From Candidatus Hydrogenedentota bacterium (GTDB lineage Bacteria; Hydrogenedentota; Hydrogenedentia; Hydrogenedentales; SLHB01): a stretch of DNA of 18,118 nt. The notes beneath the pieces are model-generated. The model had not been told where the DNA came from. It saw only the letters and a program-made list of their open reading frames with translations, and did not search any database. This document shows positions 16,883 through 18,118 of the stretch, in pieces (the stretch's first letter is position 1; the number at the start of each line of letters is the position of its first letter). The stretch lies in NCBI GenBank assembly GCA_029974275.1, contig JARKSN010000191.1, positions 1 through 18,118 of the forward strand. Direction: 5' to 3'. Position numbers and translations under genes: made by a program.

Positions 16883-18118
16883 TTGACGCGACCGCTGATC
16901 CGCATTACAACGTGCGCAACCAGGTGAAACCGCACGCCAGCGCTTGGAACGTCTATAAGCGTTTGCTCGGATATTCGTGGCGCTACAAAACGCGTCTGGT
17001 AACGGCCCTGTTTTTCGCATTGATTGTGGCGTCGTCGTTCACGGTGATGGTTTTCGGGCTAGGCGGAACGGTGAGCGTCCTCTTCGACAACGAGGCCGAA
17101 GTCGCCAAAACCGTCGATCGCTACGTCCACAAAGCTCAAGGCGCCATCGAAAAACTCCCCGCGCCGATCCAATCCCTTGTGCCCATCGACGTCGCCAGCC
17201 TCAACACGCGCGCCGTCGACAAGATTCTTCAGATTCGACGAGATCCCCGCCAAATCATCACGACGCTTCTCCTCATCTCCTGCGTCACGATAGCGCTTGC
17301 TCTGATCGGCGGCGCGGCGCGGTTTCTCCAGGAATATTTTGCGGGCACAATCGGCGCGAACATTTCCGTGACCCTCGGCCATGAGATGTACGAGAACGTC
17401 ATGCGCATGTCGCTCCGTTTTTTCGAGCAACACCCGACCGGCGAACTGCTTGCGCGTTTCACGAACGACATTTTCATGATCAATCGGGGGTTGGCGAGCG
17501 TGTACGTGAAATTGATGCGCGAGCCTGTCAAGGGGGTCTTTTTTCTGGTCGCGGCGCTCACCATCGATTGGAGACTCACGTTGCTTGGGCTGTGCGTGCT
17601 TCCGCCGACGGCCTACGTGATTGTGCGCGTCGGCAAGCGTTTTAAGAAGAGCGTGCGCCGATCGCTCGAAAAGGTCGCATCGATGGCAATGGTCGTTAAC
17701 GAAACTTTCGGCGGCATCGCGATCGTCAAGGGCTTTTGCATGGAACGCCGCGAGTCAGAGCGGACCTCCGTCGAGCTCGGCAAACTGCGGCGTTACCTCG
17801 TGAAGATGGTGAAGGCGGATGCGCTGGTCGGCCCGCTGGTCGAGATGGTGCTCATCTTGGGCTTGATCGCCTTTGTGCTGATCAGCGTCCGATCCGTGCT
17901 CATTGCCAAGTCGCTCAACGGCGGTCAACTCGTGCAATTGTACCTGTACCTCGGCCTCATGCTCGATCCCGTCCGCAAATTGGCCGCGGTCAACAACCTC
18001 ATCCAGACCAGCGTGGCCAGCGCCGAACGCGTGTTCGCATTCATCGACATGCAAGCCGATATCACGGAGGCCGGACAGCCGATTGCGTTGCCGCCGCTCC
18101 AGCGCGCGCTGGAGTTCG
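16879..18118 (+). CDS. MsbA-like ABC exporter (transmembrane domain; nucleotide-binding domain beyond the window end), partial
   Basis: Manual translation from the ATGA overlap with the rnc stop: MIDATADPHY..VYKRLLGYSWRYK..MSLRFFEQHPTGELLARFTND..IDWRLTL..VNETFGGIAIVKGF..DPVRKL..ASAERVFAFID..ALEF, open to the window end. Not in the ORF track. Confidence 0.9.
   Translation, partial: MIDATADPHYNVRNQVKPHASAWNVYKRLLGYSWRYKTRLVTALFFALIVASSFTVMVFGLGGTVSVLFDNEAEVAKTVDRYVHKAQGAIEKLPAPIQSLVPIDVASLNTRAVDKILQIRRDPRQIITTLLLISCVTIALALIGGAARFLQEYFAGTIGANISVTLGHEMYENVMRMSLRFFEQHPTGELLARFTNDIFMINRGLASVYVKLMREPVKGVFFLVAALTIDWRLTLLGLCVLPPTAYVIVRVGKRFKKSVRRSLEKVASMAMVVNETFGGIAIVKGFCMERRESERTSVELGKLRRYLVKMVKADALVGPLVEMVLILGLIAFVLISVRSVLIAKSLNGGQLVQLYLYLGLMLDPVRKLAAVNNLIQTSVASAERVFAFIDMQADITEAGQPIALPPLQRALEF

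Overview
GC-rich bacterial chromosomal window made up mostly of housekeeping genes. The C-terminal '[21 protein letters not shown]' dockerin-like tail resembles, from memory and unverified, those of Candidatus Hydrogenedentes proteins. Left part, minus strand: a PpiD/SurA-like chaperone, uppP, a double-ACT protein, a DUF711 (UPF0210/PFL-like) protein, and the 5' end of a probable GT-C membrane glycosyltransferase that the ORF track missed. Middle: sixA convergent with an orphan PAS-PAS histidine kinase, miaA, and a ~1296-aa secreted thermolysin (M4)-like protein. Right part, plus strand: trpS, then acpP-fabF-rnc-msbA-like (the ABC transporter is also missing from the track). No transposase, CRISPR, rRNA or tRNA was seen. 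The most notable observations are: (i) the M4 protein has HEYVQ instead of HExxH, a lectin-like beta-sandwich apparently inserted inside an Ig-like domain, six 156-bp Asp-rich repeats and a dockerin-like tail; (ii) a multi-branched RNA-like structure lies between acpP and fabF, upstream of rnc; (iii) an inverted pair of palindromes (REP/REPIN-like) separates the ACT and DUF711 genes; (iv) an 18-bp tandem repeat sits in the acpP leader. I cannot establish from sequence alone that any of these is a new system.
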